The position numbers and the translations under genes were made by a program. From positions 124,630-188,629 of the forward strand of contig LSNS01000004.1 in the NCBI GenBank assembly GCA_003056205.1: a stretch of 64,000 nt of DNA. Direction: 5' to 3'. Origin of the DNA: Parcubacteria group bacterium M6-OD1-4. GTDB taxonomy: Bacteria > Patescibacteriota > Patescibacteriia > Patescibacteriales > UBA12465. Positions 28,592 through 38,286 of this stretch are shown piece after piece (the stretch's first letter is position 1; each line of letters begins with the position of its first letter). The notes beneath the pieces are model-generated. The model had not been told where the DNA came from. It did not search any database and saw only the letters and a list, made by a program, of their open reading frames with translations.

Positions 28592-29188
28592 ATGAAATAT
28601 CCACAAGTTTTACAAAATTTAATAGATAAACTAGCTAATTTCCCTAGTGTTGGTCCAAAAACTGCTGAACGCTATGCTTTTCATCTCTTACAACAAAGTC
28701 CCGAAAAATCTCAAGATTTAGCACAAGCCATTAATGACTTAGCTAAAAAAATAATTGTCTGCCAAAGTTGCTTAGCAATTGCGGAAAGTAATCCCTGTTC
28801 AATTTGTCGTGATCAGAATCGTCGACAAGATATTTTGTGTGTAGTTGAGAATCTTCAAGACTTAATTGCCATTGAAAGCACGAAACAATATCCAGGGCGT
28901 TACTTCATCCTTGGGGGATTAATTAACACTATTACCGAGATCCAACCCCGAGATTTAAATGTTAACAAATTAATAAAGAAAATTAACAAAGAAAAAATTA
29001 AAGAAATTATTCTCGCTTTAAATTTTACTCTCGAAGGAGAAACAACTGCTTTATATTTAAATAAACTTCTCAAGGGTCATTTAAAAGTTACGCGCCTTGC
29101 TAAAGGTCTGCCCGCTGGATCTAATTTAGAATATGCTGATGAATTAACTCTCAGTAGCGCCTTACAACACCGCAATGAAATTAAATAG
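28592..29188 (+). CDS. recR: Recombination protein RecR
   Basis: FPSVGPKTAERYAFHLL helix-hairpin-helix, C4 zinc finger (CQSC...CSIC), Toprim region (LCVVENLQDLIAIE). Confidence 0.95.
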   Translation: MKYPQVLQNLIDKLANFPSVGPKTAERYAFHLLQQSPEKSQDLAQAINDLAKKIIVCQSCLAIAESNPCSICRDQNRRQDILCVVENLQDLIAIESTKQYPGRYFILGGLINTITEIQPRDLNVNKLIKKINKEKIKEIILALNFTLEGETTALYLNKLLKGHLKVTRLAKGLPAGSNLEYADELTLSSALQHRNEIK

Positions 29189-29216
29189 AGAATAATTTTA
29201 AGAGAATAAATGAAAT

Positions 29217-29248
29217 AAAAAAAACCATTTTTAAAAAATGGATTTTTT
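29217..29248. terminator. Bidirectional terminator between recR and rplU
   Basis: A8-CCATTTT...AAAATGG-A-T6; an AT-rich stem closed by two G-C pairs. Confidence 0.55.
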
Positions 29249-29271
29249 ATTTGAAAATTCTTAATAAAAAT

Positions 29272-29580
29272 TTAAGCAATACTAGAAATCTTAATCGCAG
29301 TAAATTGCTGACGATGTCCAATAGTTCGTTTGTACCGTATTTTACTCTTATACTTAACAACAGTTACTTTTTTAGCTTTAGCAGTTTCTAAAACCTCTGC
29401 TTCCACCTTCTCTCCTAAAGAAGGATGGCCAATTTCTAATTTCTCGCCATTAGCAATTAATAAGGTATCAAGTTTAACAGTTGAACCATTTTTAGCTTCT
29501 AATTTCTCAATTTTGATGGTTTCCCCAACTTGCACCTTATATTGTTTACCACCAGTTTTAATAACAGCAATTTTTGACAT
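29272..29580 (-). CDS. rplU: 50S ribosomal protein L21
   Basis: IAVIKTGGKQYKV start and the basic C-terminal YKSKIRYKRTIGHRQ; 102 aa. Confidence 0.95.
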   Translation of the reverse strand: MSKIAVIKTGGKQYKVQVGETIKIEKLEAKNGSTVKLDTLLIANGEKLEIGHPSLGEKVEAEVLETAKAKKVTVVKYKSKIRYKRTIGHRQQFTAIKISSIA

Positions 29581-29643
29581 ATAATAATATTATTAATAAA
29601 AAATCAGCATCAAATCTGAATTCGTTTTAATCATAACAAATAT

Positions 29644-29672
29644 TTGAAAAATGTCAACAAATAAGCTATAGT
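29644..29672 (+). promoter_or_regulatory. Candidate murA promoter (TTGAAA-17-TATAGT)
   Basis: TTGAAA at 29644-29649 and TATAGT at 29667-29672. Pattern only. Confidence 0.4.
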
Positions 29673-29708
29673 AAATAAAGAAATTAATATTTAGCTAATT
29701 TTATAATT

Positions 29709-30971
29709 ATGGCCAAATTTATTATTACTGGCGGGCAAAAACTGAGCGGAGAAATTATCGTCAGTGGCGCCAAGAACGCTGCTCTTAAAATAATACCAGC
29801 GGCTATTCTTTCTCCAGGGACAATGACAATTAATAATATCCCGAAGATTGAAGACATTGAGAAATCATTTCAATTATTAACTACTCTCGGAGCAAAAGTA
29901 ATCCGTCATGGTTCTCAAGCGATAGTGAATACTAAAAATATCAATAAAACAGAGTTATTAGCTAAACTAGCTGATAAATTTCGAACCTCAATCATGTTTG
30001 TTGGACCACTTTTGGTACGTTTTGGAGAAGCTAAATTTCCACATCCTGGAGGTTGCGTAATTGGCGCTGGAAGTCGTCCAATTGACCTTTTTTTGGAAGG
30101 ATTTAAACTCTTTGGAGCAACAGTTCAAGAAAAAAATGGTAAATATTATCATATTAAAGCCAAAAAATTACGAGGAGCAAATTACTTTTTTTCAACTATT
30201 AGCGTCACGGGTACTGAAAGCCTAATGATGACCGCCTGCTTAATACTCGGGAAAACTGTCCTACGGAATTGTGCCATGGAACCAGAAATCCAGGCTTTAG
30301 CAGATTATTTAAACCAGCAGGGAGCAAAAATAACTGGTGCGGGCACACCCACGATAACTATTCAAGGAGTTAAAAAATTACGAGCGGGAATTTTCAACAT
30401 TATCCCCGATCGAATTGAAACTGGCTCTTTTGCTATTATGGCTGCTGCTGCTCAAGCGAGAGTAAAAATAAAAAAATGTAATCCAGATCATATTTCTAGC
30501 TTGCTAACAGTTTTTGATAAAATTGGTGTTCACTATGAAAAAGGCCGCAATTGGTTATTAATGAAACCCTCTCCGAATATTAGAAGCTATGATATTAAAA
30601 CTCATGAATATCCCGGCTTTCCTACTGATTTACAATCTCCCTATGTGGTTTTGATGACTCAGGCTCACGGTAACTCTTTAATTCAAGAGACTATCTATAA
30701 TCGACGCTTACTATGGGTTGATATGTTTTCCCAAATGGGTGCTGACATTGTGATGTGTGATCCTCATCGCGTAGTTGTTAGTGGTCCTACTAAATTATTT
30801 TCTAAACATCTTATTAGCCCCGATATTCGAGCTGGCCTCGCCTTAGTAATTGCGGCTTTAATTGCTAAAGGAACAACAACTATCGACAATATTTATCAAA
30901 TTGATCGTGGTTATGCTGAACTAGATAAGAGACTCAAAAAATTGGGAGCTAATATTAAACGCCTGAACTAA
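29709..30971 (+). CDS. murA: UDP-N-acetylglucosamine 1-carboxyvinyltransferase
   Basis: ISGAKNAAL, the catalytic-loop region PGGCVIGAGSRPID and FPTDLQ motifs; 420 aa. Confidence 0.95.
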   Translation: MAKFIITGGQKLSGEIIVSGAKNAALKIIPAAILSPGTMTINNIPKIEDIEKSFQLLTTLGAKVIRHGSQAIVNTKNINKTELLAKLADKFRTSIMFVGPLLVRFGEAKFPHPGGCVIGAGSRPIDLFLEGFKLFGATVQEKNGKYYHIKAKKLRGANYFFSTISVTGTESLMMTACLILGKTVLRNCAMEPEIQALADYLNQQGAKITGAGTPTITIQGVKKLRAGIFNIIPDRIETGSFAIMAAAAQARVKIKKCNPDHISSLLTVFDKIGVHYEKGRNWLLMKPSPNIRSYDIKTHEYPGFPTDLQSPYVVLMTQAHGNSLIQETIYNRRLLWVDMFSQMGADIVMCDPHRVVVSGPTKLFSKHLISPDIRAGLALVIAALIAKGTTTIDNIYQIDRGYAELDKRLKKLGANIKRLN

Positions 30972-30980
30972 CCAATAAAT

Positions 30981-32312
30981 ATGTCTAAAAAATTTCGTGA
31001 TTGGCTTTTTATTTTTTTTATTGCCTTCTTCATCGTTGGAACTTTATTAATTTCCTTATACGCTTCGGGTTTTCAAATTAATCTTTCTTGGCCTTTAAAT
31101 TTTAACCGCTTATTAATAAAGACAGGAATGTTGGTTATCAAAACTAAACCCGAAGGAGCAACTATTTATTTAAATCAGAAAGCTCAGGCCAATTTTTCTA
31201 TCAATCCTTGGAAAAAAATTAACTTAACAACTGATGCCCGACTCAAAAACATTTTGCCAGGAACTTATAATTTAAATTTGGAATTAAAGGGCTATTTACC
31301 ACTTACTAAAAGGATAACAGTCTCTTCTGGACAAACTACTTTCTTGGAAAATATTAATCTTTTTAAATCAGATTTGCCACAATTGCTCGTCCGTAGCCCA
31401 GAGACTAAACTGCAATTAAGCAATAATCACCAATATCTATATTTAGCCACTCCCGCCGAAATACTCAATCCTCAGTCTTCAAAAATAACTAAATTGAAGT
31501 TAATTATTACTTCAAGGCCTGGACAATGGTTAAATAATAACAATCAATTATTTATTAATGGACAACTATTCAGTCTCAAGCAACAAAGCAGTATTAATTA
31601 CCAACAAATATTAGGATCAGCAGCGAGTAATTTATATTATGATGAAAGCACCAACCGTCTTTACTACCAAAATGGTCATTCTCTTAACTATTTTGATATC
31701 AGACAAAGAAAAAGTTTTCAAATCATCAGTGGAGAAGATTATTTAAACTATCAAGTTCAGAATGATAGATTATTTGTAGTCGCTCTTAAAAATCAGAAAA
31801 CAGTTTTACAATTATATTCTTTAGCTGATAATAAGCTTAAACAAGAAATCAATCTACCGAGCGATGGCCATTATCTTTTTGTTGCCAATCAACATAATCG
31901 TCTCAGTCTTTATGATACTAAAAATGAAACTCTCTATCTGATAAATCCTCAAATTCTCCATGATCAAAAAATTATTTACAAGATTCTTAGTTGGCAATGG
32001 ATTAACGACCAAACTCTATTTTATAATAACGATTGGGAAATATATAAACTCAACTTGCAAAAAAATCAAAGTATGCTTTTAACTCGCGTTGGTGAGAAAA
32101 TAGTAAAAATAATTTGGAATAAAAATAATAAATATTTAGTTTTTTCCACCACGAATAGTTTAAACACTTATGATCCAAAAATTAATTTAATCACTAAACT
32201 CTTCACGGGAAATGCTATTTCATCGCCAGTTCTGGATAATAATAACAATACTCTTTATTTTTGGGCTAAAATTGGGCGACAAAGCGGTATTTATAGTATT
32301 GTTCTCCAATAA
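30981..32312 (+). CDS. Membrane-anchored PEGA-domain protein with a C-terminal beta-propeller-like (TolB/WD40-like) region
   Basis: N-terminal TM segment, PEGA motif (IKTKPEGATIYLNQK...PGTYNLNLELKGY), then repeated Y/W/N-rich strand segments. Confidence 0.6.
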   Translation: MSKKFRDWLFIFFIAFFIVGTLLISLYASGFQINLSWPLNFNRLLIKTGMLVIKTKPEGATIYLNQKAQANFSINPWKKINLTTDARLKNILPGTYNLNLELKGYLPLTKRITVSSGQTTFLENINLFKSDLPQLLVRSPETKLQLSNNHQYLYLATPAEILNPQSSKITKLKLIITSRPGQWLNNNNQLFINGQLFSLKQQSSINYQQILGSAASNLYYDESTNRLYYQNGHSLNYFDIRQRKSFQIISGEDYLNYQVQNDRLFVVALKNQKTVLQLYSLADNKLKQEINLPSDGHYLFVANQHNRLSLYDTKNETLYLINPQILHDQKIIYKILSWQWINDQTLFYNNDWEIYKLNLQKNQSMLLTRVGEKIVKIIWNKNNKYLVFSTTNSLNTYDPKINLITKLFTGNAISSPVLDNNNNTLYFWAKIGRQSGIYSIVLQ

Positions 32313-32330
32313 TAAATAATAATTATGAAT

Positions 32331-32362
32331 AAAAAAAACTGACTCTTCAAGGTCAGTTTTTT
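32331..32362. terminator. Bidirectional terminator between convergent genes
   Basis: A-run, stem ACTGAC (32338-32343) pairing with GTCAGT (32352-32357), then T5. Confidence 0.65.
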
Positions 32363-32401
32363 GATTACTTTAGAAGACCACGGGACTTATTTTTTAATTA
32401 A

Positions 32402-33283
32402 TTATTTAAATTCTCGATTGGTATCTTTAATAAATTGTTTCAACTTCGCACCAATCTCTTGGTCTTTAAGTCCTAATTTAATTGTTGCTTTAATGAAATT
32501 AAATTTATTTCCAGTATCCAACCACTCCCCAGCTAATTTTTTACCATAGATAACTCGTCCTTCTTGCAATAAGGCTTCATAAGCATCGGCTAAACGAATT
32601 TCTCCAGATTTACCACAATCGATAGTTTTTAAGACTCTCAAGATATCAGGAGTAATGATATTAATACCCACTTGAACCAAATTAGAAGGTGCATCCTTAA
32701 TCTTTGGTTTTTCAACAAATTTTTTAATTTCATAAACATCATCACCGAGAGGGATACCATCAATTACCCCAAATTGACTAAGCTCTTCTGGCTGGACTTC
32801 TGATAAACCAATAACAGAATCACCATATTTCTCATAAACATCCATCACTTGTTTCACTGGTGATATCTGGGAATCATAGAGAGTGTCGCCAAACATAACT
32901 AAGATAGCTTCATCCTGACCAATTAAATGTGCTGCACAATTAATCGCATCACCATCACCTTTCGGTAGGGGCTGGCGGACATAAGAAAACTTAGCTAGTC
33001 TTTCAATGGCTTGTACCTTAGCAACCAAATCAAGCTTATTTTTCTCTACTAAAGTTTTTTCTAATTCAAAAGAATAATCGAAATGATCTTCAATTGCTCT
33101 CTTCCCACGGCCAGTAACAAAGATAATTTCTTCAATACCCGCCGCTACTGCTTGCTCAACTAAATACTGAATAACCGGTTTATCAACAACTGGTAACATT
33201 TCTTTCGGTTGAGCTTTAGTCGCTGGTAGAAAACGAGTTCCAAAACCAGCCACCGGAAAAATTGCTTTTTTAATTTTAGACAT
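32402..33283 (-). CDS. galU: UTP--glucose-1-phosphate uridylyltransferase
   Basis: AIFPVAGFGTRFLPATKAQPKEMLPVVDKP and VEKP motifs; 293 aa. Confidence 0.9.
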   Translation of the reverse strand: MSKIKKAIFPVAGFGTRFLPATKAQPKEMLPVVDKPVIQYLVEQAVAAGIEEIIFVTGRGKRAIEDHFDYSFELEKTLVEKNKLDLVAKVQAIERLAKFSYVRQPLPKGDGDAINCAAHLIGQDEAILVMFGDTLYDSQISPVKQVMDVYEKYGDSVIGLSEVQPEELSQFGVIDGIPLGDDVYEIKKFVEKPKIKDAPSNLVQVGINIITPDILRVLKTIDCGKSGEIRLADAYEALLQEGRVIYGKKLAGEWLDTGNKFNFIKATIKLGLKDQEIGAKLKQFIKDTNREFK

Positions 33284-33284
33284 A

Positions 33285-34091
33285 TTATTTAGATTTTAAG
33301 CCCCATTTTATAAAATATTTAAACCAAGAACTAATATGATGCCAAGCTAGAACATCTAACAAAATAGCGAGATACCAAGGATAACGAGCACTCTGACGCT
33401 GATGATCATGGATAATTACTGCTTGAGGATTATAAATCACTTTCTGACCTTTAGTCCAGATTTGACGAGCAAAATCAATATCTTCAAAATACATAAAATA
33501 ACGCTGATCAAAATGGGGTTGGAAAATTTCTCCCGATTTCAGAGTAATTTTTTTTCTAAACATTAAACAAGAGCCCATTAGCCAATCTACTTCTTGAAGT
33601 AGCTGATGGTCAACATCTTGCATCATAAAATAATCTCGCTGACTTTTAAAATAATCGCCTAAAAAGGTCCGACGTAAAATTGGCATCCAGAAACTCGGAA
33701 AATGTAAACAAGAAAGTTGTAAAGAACCGTCAGGAGCTAATAATTTTGGACCCACTAAAGCTACCTGAGGATGTTCTATTAAATAATTAAATAAAATTTC
33801 AATTGCCCCGGTGGTAATTAAAGTATCGGGATTAAGAATTAAAATAAATTTTCCCTGAGCTTGATCTATCCCTAGATTATTACCGCCACCCATCCCTAAA
33901 TTACGAGAACTAACAATTAACTGTAAATTAGAATGTAAACTTGGGAGAACTGCTAAGTCATCCCCCGAATGATTGTCAACGACAATTAATTCCCAATTTA
34001 AACCAGTTGCTGGGTGTTGATAGAGAGAATCTAAACAACGCCGGAGTTTATCCTGGCTTTTATAATTAACAATAATAATTGAGAGATCCAT
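33285..34091 (-). CDS. Family 2 glycosyltransferase
   Basis: LSIIIVNYKS start, a DNHSGDD (DxD-type) motif and LNPDT; 268 aa. Confidence 0.8.
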   Translation of the reverse strand: MDLSIIIVNYKSQDKLRRCLDSLYQHPATGLNWELIVVDNHSGDDLAVLPSLHSNLQLIVSSRNLGMGGGNNLGIDQAQGKFILILNPDTLITTGAIEILFNYLIEHPQVALVGPKLLAPDGSLQLSCLHFPSFWMPILRRTFLGDYFKSQRDYFMMQDVDHQLLQEVDWLMGSCLMFRKKITLKSGEIFQPHFDQRYFMYFEDIDFARQIWTKGQKVIYNPQAVIIHDHQRQSARYPWYLAILLDVLAWHHISSWFKYFIKWGLKSK

Positions 34092-34101
34092 ATCAAATAT
34101 C

Positions 34102-35169
34102 TTAAAATAACTTTTTAATTAACGACCAATAGGCAGAAAAAACAGGGTTTACCACATTATTCAAGAGTGGATTAGCAATTTCTTGAAATTCAATTCGTCC
34201 TGAAAAATGCTGAGCTAAAGCCGAAAAAGGAACAATTTTAAACTTCTTTATCCGACGCCGTTCTTGAATAATTTTAACATAATTTCGATAACTACAAAAA
34301 TAACGATAAACTTTTTTCTTGGTATTAAACCACCCTTTCAGAATGGAAAAAAACAGTAAACCACCGTCCATAATAATTAATGGTAAAACAATTAAAAATA
34401 ATAAATATCCTGGATAAAAAGTGAAAATTAATAAATAACGATTTCGTTCTAAATAATAAAGCATTTGGACACTGCGAGAAAATTCGTATTTATGAAAAAC
34501 CCGTGAACGTGGAGCAAGAATAATTTGTTGACCAGCTAAGCGAGTTTTTAAGCTTAATTCCAAATCATCGTGATACATATAGAATTCTTCATTATAAGCA
34601 CCAATCTTCTCAAAAGTTTCACGACGAATTATAAATGAACAACCGCTAGCATAACCTTGAATTTCAGGATAATCTTTAATTTCGCGGTCGGCCTCACCAT
34701 AAGCCGAGGTAAAACCAAAACCTAAAAAATTAATAATATTTCCTAAACTGTTAATTTTCATTTCTGAAGAATGTTGATTTGTAGCTGGGGCTAATAAAAT
34801 TTTAGACTGGGCAATTCCTGCTTGAGGGTTTTGATCTAAGGCTAAAACTAATTCCTGAAGCCAATTAGCATCTAGTTCGGTATCCATATTCAAGGTTACT
34901 AAATATTGACAAGCATCCTGAATAGCCTGTTTAAATCCTAAATTATTAGCAGCAGCATAATTTCCATCCGAACGAGGTAAAATTAAAGCTTCGGGAAAAT
35001 TATCTTGTAAATATTTAAGAGATTCTGGACAAGAAGCATTATCCACAATATAAATTGAAATTTGGTCCGCAGGATAGTTTTGTCGGCGTAAAGAATCTCG
35101 ACAAGCTAATAAAAAGCGAGTAGCATAATCCTGATAATTTACTAAAACTATAGCAACCTTTTTATTCAT
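34102..35169 (-). CDS. Family 2 glycosyltransferase with a C-terminal membrane segment
   Basis: VAIVLVNYQ, VDNAS and NMDTELD motifs, plus a hydrophobic stretch (LLFLIVLPLIIMDGGLLFF). Confidence 0.8.
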   Translation of the reverse strand: MNKKVAIVLVNYQDYATRFLLACRDSLRRQNYPADQISIYIVDNASCPESLKYLQDNFPEALILPRSDGNYAAANNLGFKQAIQDACQYLVTLNMDTELDANWLQELVLALDQNPQAGIAQSKILLAPATNQHSSEMKINSLGNIINFLGFGFTSAYGEADREIKDYPEIQGYASGCSFIIRRETFEKIGAYNEEFYMYHDDLELSLKTRLAGQQIILAPRSRVFHKYEFSRSVQMLYYLERNRYLLIFTFYPGYLLFLIVLPLIIMDGGLLFFSILKGWFNTKKKVYRYFCSYRNYVKIIQERRRIKKFKIVPFSALAQHFSGRIEFQEIANPLLNNVVNPVFSAYWSLIKKLF

Positions 35170-35187
35170 AAAATCTACAAACTAAAA

Positions 35188-36036
35188 TTAAATAAAAAGT
35201 TTCAATAAACCCCAAACTACTTTTAAAATTAAGTATTGCCAATATTTCTCCCATTTCCGAAAATACTTTAACATTGAATCACTAAAATATTTTTGTCCTT
35301 GAGACCGGGAAAGCTGACGAAAACTAGCTCCAAGATAATCCACACAACTAGCCACAGGAGTATACCAAACTTCTCCGCCCAATTTATAAACTTCACGACA
35401 AAAATCTACCTCTTCAAACCAAACAAAATAACGTTCATCCAATAGAGGGCGAGAAGCACCGCTGAGATGTTGATAATTCTCACGATTAATTAAAAAAAAT
35501 GCTCCCCGAATTGAATCTACGCGACTAGCCTGCTCATAGTTAAAATCTACTTGTAAATATCTATTAAGCACCCCAGGAATTAAATGAGGTATTTTTAAAG
35601 TAATTAATAACTGATCACAAAAACGAGGGAAACGCCGAACTTGTTTGATAGTTCGTTGTTGCTTATCTAACAAGCGACAAGCGCTAACTGTTGCTTGGGG
35701 GTGTTGTTTTACCCAATGCAAAACCTTGTTCAAGGTCTCGGATTCAAGCTGCATATCGGGATTAAGCAATAGGATAAAACGACCCATCGCTAATTTTAAA
35801 GCTTGATTATTTGCCCGGGCAAAGCCCTGATTATGAGAATTGACGATTAATTTAACAGTTGGAAATTCAGAACGAAGCATCGCTACGCTATCATCAGCGG
35901 AATGATTATCAACAACATAAACCTCAAAACGAAAATTAACTTTTGATTTAAATAAAGCGCTTAAATTAGCGCGTAATTTATCTTGGACATTCCAAGAAAC
36001 AATAATAATAGAAAGTTCTATGTTTACATGGTCCAT
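35188..36036 (-). CDS. Family 2 glycosyltransferase
   Basis: LSIIIVSWN, VVDNHSADDS and LNPDM motifs; 282 aa. Confidence 0.8.
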   Translation of the reverse strand: MDHVNIELSIIIVSWNVQDKLRANLSALFKSKVNFRFEVYVVDNHSADDSVAMLRSEFPTVKLIVNSHNQGFARANNQALKLAMGRFILLLNPDMQLESETLNKVLHWVKQHPQATVSACRLLDKQQRTIKQVRRFPRFCDQLLITLKIPHLIPGVLNRYLQVDFNYEQASRVDSIRGAFFLINRENYQHLSGASRPLLDERYFVWFEEVDFCREVYKLGGEVWYTPVASCVDYLGASFRQLSRSQGQKYFSDSMLKYFRKWEKYWQYLILKVVWGLLKLFI

Positions 36037-36043
36037 AAGTTAA

Positions 36044-36310
36044 TTATCTACTAACTTTAATTAATTTATCTTTTTCACCAAGACCACTAACAATTTTTAC
36101 TTGATATTTGCGAACCCCGAGCTCTTTAGCGAGAAACTTCAGCAATTCACGATTAGCTTGATTCTTTTCGGGAAGAGCATTCAGTGCAATCTTAACCAAA
36201 CCATCAGCCATGGGCCGCAAGAAAGCAGTCTGCGAGGCTTGAGGAGAAACACGAACTTTAAAATAAATTTCTTTATTATTAGCTAATTCTTTAATATATT
36301 TATCTAACAT
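36044..36310 (-). CDS. DUF167 (YggU-like) family protein
   Basis: 88 aa with the pattern V.V.P.AS......DGLVKIAL.A.PEKN.AN.EL..FLAKELGV.K..V.IVSG...K.K. Confidence 0.7.
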   Translation of the reverse strand: MLDKYIKELANNKEIYFKVRVSPQASQTAFLRPMADGLVKIALNALPEKNQANRELLKFLAKELGVRKYQVKIVSGLGEKDKLIKVSR

Positions 36311-36493
36311 TTTAAAGGTTTTTAAATTATAATCAACAAGATAACAGTTATATTATAACATTTTTCCGAGAATTTTAAAAGTAGTAATAATATAAAAAAT
36401 TATTTTTGTCAACGTTTATTTTATTTAAATAATAAGTTAGAATATAGTTAGGGTAAAAACAAATAAAAATTTATAAATTCAACTCAAAATTTT

Positions 36494-36982
36494 ATGAAAC
36501 AAAGTCATCAACGCCCCTCTTGGGATGAATATTTTATTAAAATAGTAGAAATGGTTGGTAGTCGTGGTACCTGCGATCGCGGTCGGGCAGGCTGTGTCAT
36601 CGCTCGTAATAGACGAATTGTGGCCACGGGTTATGCCGGGTCCCCTGTTGGCTTAGCACATTGTGATGATGCTGGGCATGAAATGCATACAGTTCTCAAT
36701 GAAGACGGTTCCACTAGTCGCCACTGTATCCGCACTACTCATGCGGAACAAAATGCTATTTGTGAAGCCGCCCGGATGGGAATTGCCTTAGAAGGAGGCA
36801 CCCTTTATTGTAAAATGACTCCCTGTTATACTTGTGCTAAAATGATTATTAATGCTGGTATTAAAAAAGTAGTCTGTGCTCAAGATTATCATTCTGGCCA
36901 ACGCAGTAAAGAGATATTCCAAGAAGCTAAAATAGATTTTGTTTTACTTAATAAAAAAATGACTAAATATACTGATCAATAA
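36494..36982 (+). CDS. Deoxycytidylate (dCMP) deaminase
   Basis: The zinc motifs HAEQNAI and PCYTCAKMI, plus the extra Cys/His cluster typical of dCMP deaminases; 162 aa. Confidence 0.9.
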   Translation: MKQSHQRPSWDEYFIKIVEMVGSRGTCDRGRAGCVIARNRRIVATGYAGSPVGLAHCDDAGHEMHTVLNEDGSTSRHCIRTTHAEQNAICEAARMGIALEGGTLYCKMTPCYTCAKMIINAGIKKVVCAQDYHSGQRSKEIFQEAKIDFVLLNKKMTKYTDQ

Positions 36983-36992
36983 TTTAAACTAT

Positions 36993-38282
36993 ATGGCTAA
37001 TATTTTTATCTACGATGAATTTAACCCTGAAGATTCAGCGATGCTCCAAGCCCTTTATTCTCGTAGCCCCCAAAGTGTCACGAAACACGTAGAAAAGGTG
37101 AAGCAAGGCGATTCGGGAAAATTTATGGAAACTTTTTATGTCGGTTATGGCCATGCTAGCATTGCGGACTGTGGCAGTACTACTATCTTTATTGAAGGAG
37201 TTAGCATTTTAGGTGACAAAGCTATCCAAGATTGGCAACTCTATAGCGGACAAGAAACCAGCACACGTTATATTGATATGGGACAACAAAAAATTATTGA
37301 CCCCATTAATTCTCCGGAATCAAAAAAAATTCTTCAGAACTGGATGGATTTTTATATCCAACACCAAGAAGAAGTACAAAATTATTTAAAAAACAAATAT
37401 CCTCGGAAAGAAGATGAGCAAGAAATAGTTTATAATAAAGCAATTAAAGCCCGTAGTTTTGATATAATGCGCGGATTTCTCCCCGCAGGTATTACCACTC
37501 AATTAAGTTGGCATACTAATTTACGTCAAGCCTGGGATCATCTAGTATTACTCCGCCATCATCCCTTAAACGAAGTACAAGAAATTGCCAAGAAAATACT
37601 TCAACAATTACAAACGAAATATGCCCATAGTTTTACTTTTACCCCGAGTGAAGAACAGAAAAATTATCGTGAAAAAACTGTAAAAGAATATACTTATTTT
37701 ACTCCTCAAGAAACAGGAGAATTTAAAATGACGACAACAATTAAGTTGGAAGAATTAAAGAAATACCAAGAAATACTGGACCAACGACCAGCCAAAACAA
37801 ATTTACCGAATTTTTTAGGTGATTTAGGAACTAATACTTTTAATTTCATTCTAGATTACGGCTCTTTTCGAGATATTCAGCGTCACCGTAATGGGATTTA
37901 TCGAATGCCACTACTGACGACAACCTTAGGGTTTAATTCTTGGTATTTAGAACAGCTTCCAGAAGTCCTGCGTTCTCAAGCTCAAGAATTAATTACTAAA
38001 CAACAATTAGCAATTAAAAATTTAGCAACAAGTCCAGAGATAAAACAATATTATATTGCAATCGGTTTTAATGTCGCTTGTCAATTTACCTTTTCCCTGC
38101 CCGCCTCTATTTATGTCACCGAACTGCGCTCCAATCGAACAGTTCATCCTTCTCTCAGAAAAATTGCTCATCAAATGCATCAGTCTTTAAAGGATTCTTT
38201 CCCAAATTTAACATTATATTCCGATTTGAAACCTGATGATTGGGATATTCGTCGGGGTTTAGCAGATATTATCAAAAAATAA
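36993..38282 (+). CDS. thyX: Flavin-dependent thymidylate synthase-like protein; tandem ThyX-ThyX fusion
   Basis: Half 1: GHASIADCGSTTIFIEGVS...QDW.LYSGQETSTRY and SWHTNLRQAWDHLVLLR....EVQEIA. Half 2: FNFILDYGSFRDIQRHR and FTFSLPASIYVTELRSNRTVHPSLRKIA. Both halves resemble the T. maritima ThyX core as I remember it. Context: dCMP deaminase, tmk, dut. Confidence 0.6.
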   Translation: MANIFIYDEFNPEDSAMLQALYSRSPQSVTKHVEKVKQGDSGKFMETFYVGYGHASIADCGSTTIFIEGVSILGDKAIQDWQLYSGQETSTRYIDMGQQKIIDPINSPESKKILQNWMDFYIQHQEEVQNYLKNKYPRKEDEQEIVYNKAIKARSFDIMRGFLPAGITTQLSWHTNLRQAWDHLVLLRHHPLNEVQEIAKKILQQLQTKYAHSFTFTPSEEQKNYREKTVKEYTYFTPQETGEFKMTTTIKLEELKKYQEILDQRPAKTNLPNFLGDLGTNTFNFILDYGSFRDIQRHRNGIYRMPLLTTTLGFNSWYLEQLPEVLRSQAQELITKQQLAIKNLATSPEIKQYYIAIGFNVACQFTFSLPASIYVTELRSNRTVHPSLRKIAHQMHQSLKDSFPNLTLYSDLKPDDWDIRRGLADIIKK

Positions 38283-38286
38283 AATT

